Under the pieces are notes generated by a model. That model saw only the letters and a list, made by a program, of their open reading frames with translations. It did not search any database and was not told the origin of the DNA. A program made the translations under genes and the position numbers. Below are positions 8,882-18,453 of a stretch of 64,000 nt of DNA, one piece after another; the stretch's first letter is position 1; every line of letters begins with the position of its first letter. The DNA comes from a virus: IMG/VR virus record IMGVR_UViG_3300042868_005520, positions 49,198 to 113,197 of that record; one strand, written 5' to 3'.

Positions 8882-10801
8882 ATGAAATCACTTCCCACGC
8901 TGTACCAATCTTTCATTCACCTTTCACGCTATTCTCGTTGGCTTGACACCGAAGGACGGCGTGAGTCATGGGAGGAAACAGTTGACCGCTATTTCCGCTT
9001 CTTTGATGAACACTTTGCGGAAAAGGGTGTAAAACTAAATAAGACTATACGCGATGAGTTGCGTGATGCAGTTTTAAATTTAGAAGTAATGCCTTCTATG
9101 CGTTCACTAATGACCGCAGGAGAAGCACTGAAGCGTGACAACACGGCAGGATACAACTGCTCGTATGTTGCCGTAAACAAGGTTCGTGCCTTTGATGAGA
9201 TTCTGTATGTTCTCATGTGTGGCACAGGAGTTGGCTTTAGTGTAGAAAGGCAGTATGTTGAAAAACTTCCTACAATTGCTGAAGAGTTTACACAAAGCGA
9301 TACGCTCATTGTGGTCAAAGACTCCAAAGAAGGTTGGGCAAAAGCCTACCGCGAGTTGGTGTCCCTACTTATTGGAGGTCAAATCCCCCGATGGGACACC
9401 TCTAAAATTCGTCCTCTTGGTGCGCGTCTCAAAACTTTCGGTGGACGCGCAAGTGGACCGCAACCACTGGAAGACCTCTTCCGATTTACCGTCAGTACTT
9501 TTAAGAAGAGTGCTGGCAGAAAACTCACATCTATCGAATGCCACGACATTATCTGTAAGATTGCGGAAATTGTCGTGGTCGGCGGAGTGCGTAGATCTGC
9601 TCTTATCTCTCTCTCGAACCTCACCGATGAGCGAATGCGTGATGCTAAAGTGGGGCAGTGGTGGTTGGAAAACCCACAGCGAGCGTTAGCAAACAATTCG
9701 GTTTCATACAAAGAGAAGCCAGAGATTGGCGTGTTCATGGAAGAGTGGCTGTCACTCTACAAGTCCAAGAGCGGAGAACGGGGCATCTTTAATCGTCAGG
9801 CTGCACAGAAAACTGTGGAGAAACTTGGTGATCGCCGTGATGCCACTTACGAGTTTGGTACGAACCCCTGCTCCGAGATTATTCTGCGTGACAAGGAGTT
9901 CTGCAATCTGAGCGAAGTCATTGTTCGTGCAGACGATACCCCCGAAACTCTAAAGCGCAAGATTCGTCTTGCCACCATTCTTGGCACATGGCAAGCCTCG
10001 CTCACGAATTTCCCGTACCTGTCAAGTGAGTGGAAGAAGAACTGCGAAGAAGAGTGCTTGCTTGGTGTTTCACTCACAGGCATTCTTGACAACAAACTCA
10101 TGCGTGATCAGGGTGCTGAATTGGAAAGACTGCTTGCTGGTCTTCGTGCCACTGCTGTTGAAACGAACAAGGAGTGGGCAAAGAAGATTGGTATTAATCC
10201 TGCTGCTGCGATTACTTGCGTGAAGCCTAGTGGAACGGTGTCTCAGTTAACTGATTCCGCAAGCGGTATTCACGCTCGTCACAACGAGTACTACATTCGT
10301 ACTGTTCGTGCAGATCGCAAGGATCCCATGTGTCAGTTTATGATTGACAAGGGATTCCCTGCTGAACCGTGTGCCATGCGCCCTGATCACACAATGGTGT
10401 TCTCGTTTCCGCAGAAGGCAGTGGGATCTGTCACGCGCACAGACTTGACTGCTATTGCTCATCTAGAGTTGTGGCTCACCTATCAGCGGCACTTCTGTGA
10501 ACACAAGCCGTCCATCACCGTGACTGTCAAGGAGTACGAGTGGATGGCGGTGGGTGCGTGGGTGTACGATCACTTTGATGAAGTGTCAGGTGTGAGTTTC
10601 TTGCCCCACTCCGATCACTCCTATGTTCAGGCTCCGTATCAGGACTGTACAAAAGAAGAGTACGAAGCAGCAGCAGCAAAACTGCCCCTGTCTATTGACT
10701 GGAGCGAGTTGACGAAGTACGAGAAGGAAGACACTACCAAGGGCACACAAACCTTTGCGTGTAGTGCTGGCTCGTGTGAAGTAGTAGATTTGACTAATTA
10801 A
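8882..10801 (+). CDS. nrdJ: class II (adenosylcobalamin-dependent) ribonucleoside-triphosphate reductase
   Basis: YNCSY, GTGVGFSVE, VVGGVRRSA, GTNPCSEI, TCVKPSGTVSQL, C-terminal CSAGSC. Confidence 0.93.
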   Translation: MKSLPTLYQSFIHLSRYSRWLDTEGRRESWEETVDRYFRFFDEHFAEKGVKLNKTIRDELRDAVLNLEVMPSMRSLMTAGEALKRDNTAGYNCSYVAVNKVRAFDEILYVLMCGTGVGFSVERQYVEKLPTIAEEFTQSDTLIVVKDSKEGWAKAYRELVSLLIGGQIPRWDTSKIRPLGARLKTFGGRASGPQPLEDLFRFTVSTFKKSAGRKLTSIECHDIICKIAEIVVVGGVRRSALISLSNLTDERMRDAKVGQWWLENPQRALANNSVSYKEKPEIGVFMEEWLSLYKSKSGERGIFNRQAAQKTVEKLGDRRDATYEFGTNPCSEIILRDKEFCNLSEVIVRADDTPETLKRKIRLATILGTWQASLTNFPYLSSEWKKNCEEECLLGVSLTGILDNKLMRDQGAELERLLAGLRATAVETNKEWAKKIGINPAAAITCVKPSGTVSQLTDSASGIHARHNEYYIRTVRADRKDPMCQFMIDKGFPAEPCAMRPDHTMVFSFPQKAVGSVTRTDLTAIAHLELWLTYQRHFCEHKPSITVTVKEYEWMAVGAWVYDHFDEVSGVSFLPHSDHSYVQAPYQDCTKEEYEAAAAKLPLSIDWSELTKYEKEDTTKGTQTFACSAGSCEVVDLTN

Positions 10802-10845
10802 AAAATCTAGACATTTTTACTCGACAGCCTCTTCTAAATAATAGT

Positions 10846-11610
10846 ATGAAGAGGCGCGTAGTCCAATCTCTTCTGATGGCTCTAGCACTCGTCTTGCTGC
10901 AAGCCTGTGTTCAAGATATAACTGCCGCTGCGCCGAAGAGCGTGGAGCCGCCGAAGAGCGGGGCAGTCGATCCAATGGCAGAAGCCCCTGTGGAGACTCA
11001 GTTCTTCATGAGGGGTTTCTCGCCGTTGGCGGCAGACGAGGAAGCCGCTGTGGGGCATCTAGAGGGCGAGAACGGGGAGGTAATAGGTAGTGCCGTTCTC
11101 ATTGCTCCCGATGAAATCCTTACAGCAGGACACTGCCTAGACGATACGGGGGCAGCGTGGTTCTCCACTGGCAACCACTGCTACAGAATAATTAAACACA
11201 CCACCCATCCGTTTTATAAAATTGGTGACACCATGCTGTACGATGTGGCAGTGGCGTGGCTAGAGGAACCGTGCGGTGTTCAACCCCTTCGGGTGGTGAC
11301 AGCACCCCATTATTTCACTCGTACCGAACCACTCACCGTTATAGGATTTGGTGGGGGCATTAAGCGTAGAAGCAATCCCAACACATTCCACTACTTTGGA
11401 ACGGTGGTGGAAGACCCCACATACTTTAAGTTTATTCCCTTTGAGGGCACCGTTTGGTTTGGTGACTCAGGTGGTGCAGTCATAGATGCCAACGGAGTAC
11501 TTGTAGGGATTGTGTCTTCATTTACTATATTCAACGGTCACTTGTACGAAAATTCCGCAACTCGTTTGGATCTCGTAAGCGATTGGATCGCAGAACAGAA
11601 GGGCAAATGA
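10846..11610 (+). CDS. trypsin-like (S1) serine protease, predicted lipoprotein
   Basis: Lipobox LQAC; TAGHC, DVAV, GDSGG catalytic motifs; TAAATA 5 nt upstream of ATG. Confidence 0.85.
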   Translation: MKRRVVQSLLMALALVLLQACVQDITAAAPKSVEPPKSGAVDPMAEAPVETQFFMRGFSPLAADEEAAVGHLEGENGEVIGSAVLIAPDEILTAGHCLDDTGAAWFSTGNHCYRIIKHTTHPFYKIGDTMLYDVAVAWLEEPCGVQPLRVVTAPHYFTRTEPLTVIGFGGGIKRRSNPNTFHYFGTVVEDPTYFKFIPFEGTVWFGDSGGAVIDANGVLVGIVSSFTIFNGHLYENSATRLDLVSDWIAEQKGK

Positions 11611-11693
11611 AACTCACCCAAATTCAGCGTGTGCTTCTTGGTGCTTGCAGTTTTTTAGTTGGTGTTTTACTGGCTCGCGCAGTAGGTTTCTAG
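11607..11693 (+). CDS. 28-aa hydrophobic peptide
   Basis: ATGA overlap with protease stop; MKLTQIQRVLLGACSFLVGVLLARAVGF. Confidence 0.45.
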   Translation: MKLTQIQRVLLGACSFLVGVLLARAVGF

Positions 11694-11714
11694 TATTGCA
11701 CCATAAATACTTAC

Positions 11715-12293
11715 ATGATACTAGCGGGAATAGATTACTCATTGTGTGGACCAGCCGTGTGCCTGTTCAAGTCGAACGCCACGGGGAAATTTTCATACAG
11801 TGGATGCTCATTTTTTTTCCTTACTGAGAACAAGCGGCAATCGGAAATTCGTTGCATGAATGTGTTTGGTGAGCGGCTGAGTGATTGGAACTCAGACGAA
11901 CACCGCTACGAAAGCATTGCAGATTGGGCTGTGGACATTGTAATGGGCTGCTCCCATGTGGCTCTTGAAGGCTACGCGTACTCCGCTAGTGGCAGGGTGT
12001 TTCAGATTGCCGAGAACACAGGCATCTTAAAATATAAACTGTACCTGTTAAGCATTCCTGTTACGGTGATTCCTCCCACCGAAATAAAGAAGTTCGCCAC
12101 AGGCAAGGGCAATGCAGACAAGAACGCCATGTACGCGGCGTTCTCGCATGAAACAGGAGTTAATCTAAAGTCGGTGCTGACACCAAAACGAGCAGACTCA
12201 GTGAGTCCTGTTTCGGATATTGTTGACTCGTACTACATCTGCAAGCGAATGTTTGAATCGCTTCCCGAAGAATTACGCTGCGAAACCGATTAA
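11715..12293 (+). CDS. RuvC-like Holliday junction resolvase
   Basis: AGIDYS, ALEGY, TGKGNADK, SDIVDS motifs. Confidence 0.8.
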   Translation: MILAGIDYSLCGPAVCLFKSNATGKFSYSGCSFFFLTENKRQSEIRCMNVFGERLSDWNSDEHRYESIADWAVDIVMGCSHVALEGYAYSASGRVFQIAENTGILKYKLYLLSIPVTVIPPTEIKKFATGKGNADKNAMYAAFSHETGVNLKSVLTPKRADSVSPVSDIVDSYYICKRMFESLPEELRCETD

Positions 12294-12592
12294 GGAGTCG
12301 GCAGGTCTACGGTGTTGGGAGTTGATACGGGAGCAGCCTTTGGAGTTTTGGGGGCAGCGTTGTCTCGCTTGCGACCAAAGAATTCCTTCCACGCCCACGC
12401 CACAACCAAGAACACAATGGGAAGATACCACAGTATCCATCCCCAATTGCCGACAATCTTGTCGCCGCTCAGGATGTCGTGCTTGAGTTTCAGCATGACA
12501 GGACTGTCTGATGTGGTATCAGGAATAATAATGGGGGAGGTGTTGCATCCCGCAAGGAAGAGCAAACAAAGAATATAGTTTAGTTTAGACAT
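12290..12592 (-). CDS. lipoprotein with internal TM helix
   Basis: LAGC lipobox; WGWILWYLPIVFLVVAWAW; SD AGGAG. Confidence 0.6.
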   Translation of the reverse strand: MSKLNYILCLLFLAGCNTSPIIIPDTTSDSPVMLKLKHDILSGDKIVGNWGWILWYLPIVFLVVAWAWKEFFGRKRDNAAPKTPKAAPVSTPNTVDLPTP

Positions 12593-12602
12593 GGCTTCTC
12601 CT

Positions 12603-13040
12603 TTAAGACTTGTTTGAAGCAGCGGCTGAACCAAAGTAGAAGCCTACAATGCTCACCAAGATTTGACGAGTTTCAGACGCAAACAAGAATCCGTTGATCT
12701 CAACAAAATACTTGCGGGTTGATTGCGGAATAAGTCCAAACAGCCCTTCGGGTGTGGTAGCGTCTACTTCAACGAATGTGGGCAGACCAAAGAACGGCAG
12801 AATGAACGGAGCCAGCATAGTAGCAAACAGCACTGCAAGAACAATGAGTTGGCGAATGCCCCTACCCACATCCATAGGAACACGCTGTGCTGCCTTGTCT
12901 TGGTTCTCTGTGGTCTGCTTGTTGGCAGCAATAAGCCGCTCAAAGATTTCTTTTTGATCCTGACTCTTCTGAGCCATGTAACGAAACAAGAATCCTGTAG
13001 CCGCTCCTCCAACCAATGAAATCAATTCGGTACTAATCAT
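12603..13040 (-). CDS. membrane protein, 3TM holin-like
   Basis: Three hydrophobic segments ending IVGFYFGS. Confidence 0.5.
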   Translation of the reverse strand: MISTELISLVGGAATGFLFRYMAQKSQDQKEIFERLIAANKQTTENQDKAAQRVPMDVGRGIRQLIVLAVLFATMLAPFILPFFGLPTFVEVDATTPEGLFGLIPQSTRKYFVEINGFLFASETRQILVSIVGFYFGSAAASNKS

Positions 13041-13077
13041 TTCAATCTGCCTTTCTATAGCACAACTGCACTACTGT

Positions 13078-13260
13078 TTATTTAGGCTTCATCTTCTTCC
13101 TACGAGCAATATTTGATTTGAGTCTTGGGTTGCCAGGCGGCATATCAGGAGGCAAACCTGCAATGCTGCCGCCTCCTGCGGTATTTGTTGGTGGTGGCGA
13201 TGCCATTGGGGGTGGAATTTCTTCGGAAATAAACTTTGAGAATTTTTTGATTGTAGACAT
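13078..13260 (-). CDS. small probable internal head protein
   Basis: KKFSKFISEE leader, PTNTAGGGSIAGL motif, basic tail. Confidence 0.6.
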   Translation of the reverse strand: MSTIKKFSKFISEEIPPPMASPPPTNTAGGGSIAGLPPDMPPGNPRLKSNIARRKKMKPK

Positions 13261-13268
13261 GGTTTCCT

Positions 13269-16200
13269 TTATACGATGGTGTAAACAGGTGGAACTGCGG
13301 ACTTGGTGAGTAGCCATGCTCCTCTTACTCCGTTTGGAGCCACACCATGATAGTCAGTAGCAATATCGTCTATCGTGATGGTGAGTGGAATATCTGAGCG
13401 AGCACTTTGAGCCAACACGATTCTTTCTCCAATAAGACCAGGACGAACCGTGAGTCTCCATGCGTACAGTCCTGCGTTTGCGCCAGATAGCAATGGAGCA
13501 CCCGAAACAATCACTTGATCATTTAGTTGTGGATAGTCTATGATACGCGGAGGACCGCATTTACTATTACCTGATATAATTCTCCAATTGTTCAATGCAG
13601 TATGAACCAATTTAGCATCGCCGTCCAATTTTCCTCTAGGATCAGGAGAAAGTGCAGCGTAGGTGGAATCACACCATACAGCAAGAGGACCTGCTCCTGC
13701 TAGTATAAGATGATAATTCAGTTCCCACCAATATCTACGATCATCGGCAAATCCACCATCTGTCCAATACGGAGTGGTTATCCACGGAGTAAATCTCTTC
13801 CACAAATCAGGAGACGCTCGTTGTGCACTTCGTATAGTTCTCATTTCGATCATGAATCCCAAGAAGCCCATGTTGTTTCGGGCTTCTTCCACCTCAATGG
13901 CGGCTCCTTCTACTCCTGAAACACCAATAGGTCCGTGTAGACGAATATACACCTTTCCACCAACACCAAGATTTCCTGCCGTTACATACGATGCAATCGT
14001 AATTCCTCTTCCACCTACCCATAGAATATCGGTAGGAGAATATCTAAAGCCCTTCCATGCAGTAATTCCTGTATCTGTAGCAGAGAAAGCGGCTGCGGCA
14101 GAGCGTCCCTCACCAAGTGAGAGTGTTACTCCGTAATCGTACTTTGATACTCCTGCCAATCCTGTTTTGTGATAGAATCGCACAGTATCATTAACGGGAG
14201 TGTAGTCGTAGCCTGTTCGGTTACCATCATACGAATTTCCATTGAAGAAATATTTTTGTAAAAAGTTTGTTGGGTTGGGGTAATACGCTGCCAACTTTCC
14301 AGGATTAGCCCCTGCACTGTCTGCTTTAGAACCAACATACGCGTAGAAGTTTGGGCAAATAAGATCTTTAGGACCAGGAGGAGGACTGTAAGTTGGATCG
14401 GAGTTTCCACTTGAATTAAACAGAATGTCTCCTATAGTACTGTGCTGTCTATAGTAATTTCCTGCACTCAGTCCCATATCGCGTAGGGTGTTGTACACTA
14501 GATTTCTGTAGTGTCCACTCTCAGTTAGTTCTCGCATTGTGCCATCCCATGCCATTTGAACATAAATTTGAGAGATATTTTCAGGATTTAGTTGTCCTAA
14601 ATCTCCACCAAGGTATGAAGTAGGCAAGTAATTGGTTGCAGAAGCAGAAAGCCGTGAGTCTTTGTATTTTCCGCCTCCACCGAAACAAGCACCAGCAACA
14701 TACGCAATTTCTATTGCTTCAGAAACAGATCCCACGGTTGATCCTACACCTTTATATTTTCCAAAAGTTGATAAGAGTCCGTTGTATATCTCCATGAAAC
14801 GAGAATTGAATGTATGAGAAGCATCCGTGGTTATTCCTGACGGATGGAACTTATAAGTGGTCATTCGAGGATCGTTTGCCAGTGCTCTCAGAAGATCGGG
14901 ATCCACTGCATTGATTGGTCCTGTGTACCCTGCGGAAACTCCAAGATCATCGTACAGGAATGACAGGGTGAATCCATTTGGATTGGCAGCAGGATTATTG
15001 TATCCGAATGTACCACCGTAGCCAGTGTATCCTGATGCTCTAGTCCATCTCTTTCGTGGAACGCCATCACCCACTCCGAAGTAATACAGAGTATGATAGT
15101 CTGAATTTTCGGCATCATCAATAATGTAATTGATTGGTGTTGGTACAATATTTCCTACGGTACGATCTCCAATTACTCCAGCAGAAATACCGTTTACTAA
15201 ATCTACCATTACACTTTTAAGATAAGCGGCTTGTTCATCACAGAACAGAGAAGGCATTTTTCTTCCGCTTAGTAAGGTTGCTCCTGGTATTACAAAAGCA
15301 CTCTCTACTGTAAAACCTGCTCCTATACTTTTTGTAAATGTTGACGCGCTTACTAGAGGAATTCGCTTGAACTGTCCAGCAAATGCTGTTGCACCTTCCG
15401 CAGCAACATATAATCGTTCTGTGGAGGTAAAGTGTATGGTGTCGTTGAATTGCAGAGTAAATCCTGCTACTCCTCCCCATGCTGTGATTCCTGTGTCGTC
15501 AACAGCAAGTGCAGATTGCAGAGTGATTCCTGTGTACAGAGTAATACCAGGAAATGATGAGGCTGCTCCAAACTTATTGTATGTAACATATTCGTGAGCA
15601 ATTGTTCGTGCGTCTGGACTCATGGTTCTACCAAATACCGCAGTAGTTGCTGCCGCAGTGGAACCGTAGCCTGTCCATCCCAATCCGTAATTTACTCCGT
15701 CCGTAGTGTTTGCCCAATACTGATGCACAGCATGATATGCTCGTTCGTAGTTTCCGTCTTTGTTCATGACAGGAATAAGATTTGGCAAGAATCGTGGATA
15801 TAAACACCGTCTGGATGGAGGAACATTTTTAAGGCGGTCAATTATTCTCCACTTTAAGCGATCAGACACAACAGACCCACCCAGATGTTTATGCAAACTA
15901 TTTTCTATAGCACTGGATTCGTATGGAATAACAAGCGGAGCCGCCGAAAGTATTCCTGCCGCTACAGCAGATTGTGAATTGGCAAGTGGATAGTTATCAA
16001 AATTACCAGGAAGATCATATCCAACACCAGTGTGAGCCTTTCCGTAATCAATATCAATCCAGTTTGCACTCCACACTGCATAGTCGGCTGATGTACTAGG
16101 AGAACTCAAAGAATTAATTGTAGGATTGCTCAAGTAGAACGACTGCCCTTGCAGCATTTCACCAAACACCATGAAGTGAATGCGCTCGGTGAGTCCGCTT

Positions 16201-17609
16201 TGGTAGATTACACCCTGCTGTGTCCACGAGTTGTCCGCAGGGTTTTGCTTTAGTGATTCAACACGGAATCCTGAAGTAGTTTTGTACTTGTTGTTTAGTC
16301 CTGCTCGAATCAGCAACAGGGAGAACTCAGGAGTTGCCGCAGTAAGATTAGTTTCGGTGTTGGACTCGTACTCACCCGTGAGTATGGTGCAGTAGGTGTT
16401 CGATGTCATGGGAGTCACAAACGAAACATCAAACAAGGAGTTTGCTCCTGCCGATACGCCTTTCACATTGAATCCGTTTTCAATGTACGCGCTTACCGTG
16501 CTGCTGTTACCTTTGTTTGGTGGAATCACAATTGTTCCGTATGCCACTGCCTTGCGCTTGTCTGCTTTATTAAACAGAGAAGACGAGTAGGTGTTCCCCA
16601 CCGTGCCAAAGCCTCTCGCACCAGGCACAAGCCGCTTGCGTGCGTCTTGGTTGCCTTTAGTACCAGTATAAGTAGTTGGTTGTGCTCCAGGTGGAGTAGT
16701 AACAAACTCCGTCATTAGACTTCCTGGTTCTAGTTGTGCTGCCTGAACATAGTATGTGGCAGAAGTGGATGTGGATATGAATCCCAATCCACTCACTGTG
16801 TTGTCTTGTAGCCCAATTTGTATTGGTACCAGAGTAAGTGCATTAACTGGAGCATTACTAGTGACAGAATATCGTTTCCAAGTATTGGTAAGTGTGATCA
16901 TTGTTTTGACATTGGTGGCATTTCTAATGAATATCTGCTCTCCACCCAACTCTCCCTTTATAAAAATGCTAAATGTCCACGGTTTTCCTGCGAACCAAGC
17001 AGGAGTAACAGCAACTGGCAGTGAAAAGAAAGAGGAATTGTTGGGGGCAGCAATGCTTTGGACAATCTTTACTGAAGTGGGTATTCCTATTGGACCTGGT
17101 ACTTCGCTAGGAGTAGAGGCAGTAAATTTGCTGTCTTGTATCCAATTTCCAACTTCTGGAATACGCAAATCACTTTCGGTTGCAAACGAAAACACTGCCA
17201 CATTAGAACGAACTGCATACTGTGGGCTTGAGTCTCCTATACTGGCAGTTCCGCCACTTGGATGAAATCCATCCTTGTATTCAAAGTTTACTACTCGTAT
17301 TCCTGCGGACTTGCCAGTGGCGGTAATAACTCCTAATGCTACGGGTTCTATGGTCTGCGGTCTGTATTCTGTATCGTAACCTATTTCGGGTGTACAAATC
17401 GAAACATACGAGCCACTACCAAACTGTTCGGGATTGGAAAATGAAATCCCGTACAGTCCTGCACTTACTCGATGGGTTCCCAAAATACCGTAACCATCGT
17501 TCACCGTGGGAGCCTTGTCCGTGTCGTACTGCATATTGATCCACGCATCACAGGTGGGAACAGTAGTAGTAGAAGAAGTAATTTGTGCTGCCGAACGAGA
17601 AGAAGTCAT
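13269..17609 (-). CDS. large virion structural protein (fibre/spike modules, CBM-like domain)
   Basis: Two AWI/AYG...G.N/G...SAG..Y.ISF..P modules; TLTNTWKRYSVT...AAQLE CBM-like segment; dense G-x-T/S. Confidence 0.65.
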   Translation of the reverse strand: MTSSRSAAQITSSTTTVPTCDAWINMQYDTDKAPTVNDGYGILGTHRVSAGLYGISFSNPEQFGSGSYVSICTPEIGYDTEYRPQTIEPVALGVITATGKSAGIRVVNFEYKDGFHPSGGTASIGDSSPQYAVRSNVAVFSFATESDLRIPEVGNWIQDSKFTASTPSEVPGPIGIPTSVKIVQSIAAPNNSSFFSLPVAVTPAWFAGKPWTFSIFIKGELGGEQIFIRNATNVKTMITLTNTWKRYSVTSNAPVNALTLVPIQIGLQDNTVSGLGFISTSTSATYYVQAAQLEPGSLMTEFVTTPPGAQPTTYTGTKGNQDARKRLVPGARGFGTVGNTYSSSLFNKADKRKAVAYGTIVIPPNKGNSSTVSAYIENGFNVKGVSAGANSLFDVSFVTPMTSNTYCTILTGEYESNTETNLTAATPEFSLLLIRAGLNNKYKTTSGFRVESLKQNPADNSWTQQGVIYQSGLTERIHFMVFGEMLQGQSFYLSNPTINSLSSPSTSADYAVWSANWIDIDYGKAHTGVGYDLPGNFDNYPLANSQSAVAAGILSAAPLVIPYESSAIENSLHKHLGGSVVSDRLKWRIIDRLKNVPPSRRCLYPRFLPNLIPVMNKDGNYERAYHAVHQYWANTTDGVNYGLGWTGYGSTAAATTAVFGRTMSPDARTIAHEYVTYNKFGAASSFPGITLYTGITLQSALAVDDTGITAWGGVAGFTLQFNDTIHFTSTERLYVAAEGATAFAGQFKRIPLVSASTFTKSIGAGFTVESAFVIPGATLLSGRKMPSLFCDEQAAYLKSVMVDLVNGISAGVIGDRTVGNIVPTPINYIIDDAENSDYHTLYYFGVGDGVPRKRWTRASGYTGYGGTFGYNNPAANPNGFTLSFLYDDLGVSAGYTGPINAVDPDLLRALANDPRMTTYKFHPSGITTDASHTFNSRFMEIYNGLLSTFGKYKGVGSTVGSVSEAIEIAYVAGACFGGGGKYKDSRLSASATNYLPTSYLGGDLGQLNPENISQIYVQMAWDGTMRELTESGHYRNLVYNTLRDMGLSAGNYYRQHSTIGDILFNSSGNSDPTYSPPPGPKDLICPNFYAYVGSKADSAGANPGKLAAYYPNPTNFLQKYFFNGNSYDGNRTGYDYTPVNDTVRFYHKTGLAGVSKYDYGVTLSLGEGRSAAAAFSATDTGITAWKGFRYSPTDILWVGGRGITIASYVTAGNLGVGGKVYIRLHGPIGVSGVEGAAIEVEEARNNMGFLGFMIEMRTIRSAQRASPDLWKRFTPWITTPYWTDGGFADDRRYWWELNYHLILAGAGPLAVWCDSTYAALSPDPRGKLDGDAKLVHTALNNWRIISGNSKCGPPRIIDYPQLNDQVIVSGAPLLSGANAGLYAWRLTVRPGLIGERIVLAQSARSDIPLTITIDDIATDYHGVAPNGVRGAWLLTKSAVPPVYTIV

Positions 17610-18055
17610 AGTACCACCACCCTTATTTGATTTGTCGTAAACTGGAGTGTGGTGAATGGTACGGCAAGAACTCTATTACCATTTGGACCAGTTAGAGTAC
17701 TAATACCCACTCGTATCCAAAATGAAGTGGTTAGTTTTGGAAATTGAGTTGAGTTTAGTGCATGAGCATATACTGTAGTAGGTGCAGGTCGCGAAACTCC
17801 AGGCTGTATAAAAATTTTATATTTGGTGTCCTGCATGGGAGTAATAAAAGAAAACTTGAGTGCTCTACCATCTATTGAACTACCACCAGCATAGTTAGAC
17901 GGATCCAAACGAAGGTTGTATCCGTCTACAAAAATTAAATTATCCCACTTGTTGGTGGTAAACGAGGTTATAGCAGTACCAGACACAGCCGTATGGCACC
18001 ACGCCTTAACGGTGCTGTTGTGTGCAAAGAATGGAAGTTGCGGTGAGTTTGCCAT
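17606..18055 (-). CDS. structural protein, same module as 13269-17609 N-terminus
   Basis: VKAWC...DGYNL...FSFITPMQDTKY. Confidence 0.55.
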   Translation of the reverse strand: MANSPQLPFFAHNSTVKAWCHTAVSGTAITSFTTNKWDNLIFVDGYNLRLDPSNYAGGSSIDGRALKFSFITPMQDTKYKIFIQPGVSRPAPTTVYAHALNSTQFPKLTTSFWIRVGISTLTGPNGNRVLAVPFTTLQFTTNQIRVVVL

Positions 18056-18438
18056 TACAATTGCCTCAGAATCTGTGCTAGTTTGCCGTCCATTGGGATG
18101 TCCGAGACTACGATGCCGTCAAAAATCATCCGCTCATCTATGTATTCCAAATACATGAGAACGGTTTTGAGTGCAGGGTAGATGTCCGCTTCCAATTTGT
18201 GAAACAGCATACGAGACGCTGCCGCACGACCAAACACATTCCCAAGCACCATGATATGGTTCAGGAGAAGAATGGTTCGCAAAGTGCCGCAGCGGTTATA
18301 CCGCTTCAGCAACCGCTTTACATATTTGATTTTTGAAATATCTTCCAAGAATTCATCCATCCCCATGCAATCAGGATTGGTGTAGTTTCCCATTGCATAG
18401 AGAGAGAAGTTGTCTTTGGTCAATATATTAATGTCCAT
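18055..18438 (-). CDS. conserved T4-like (cyanophage-type) hypothetical protein
   Basis: LTKDNF.LYAM..Y.NP.C....EF.ED...IKY.KRLL..Y...LLNH pattern. Confidence 0.7.
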   Translation of the reverse strand: MDINILTKDNFSLYAMGNYTNPDCMGMDEFLEDISKIKYVKRLLKRYNRCGTLRTILLLNHIMVLGNVFGRAAASRMLFHKLEADIYPALKTVLMYLEYIDERMIFDGIVVSDIPMDGKLAQILRQL

Positions 18439-18453
18439 GATAAAAGTATTCGC

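Noticed and set aside
8882-10801. Intein or intron in RNR
   Set aside because: Continuous ORF of ordinary length with no intein motifs
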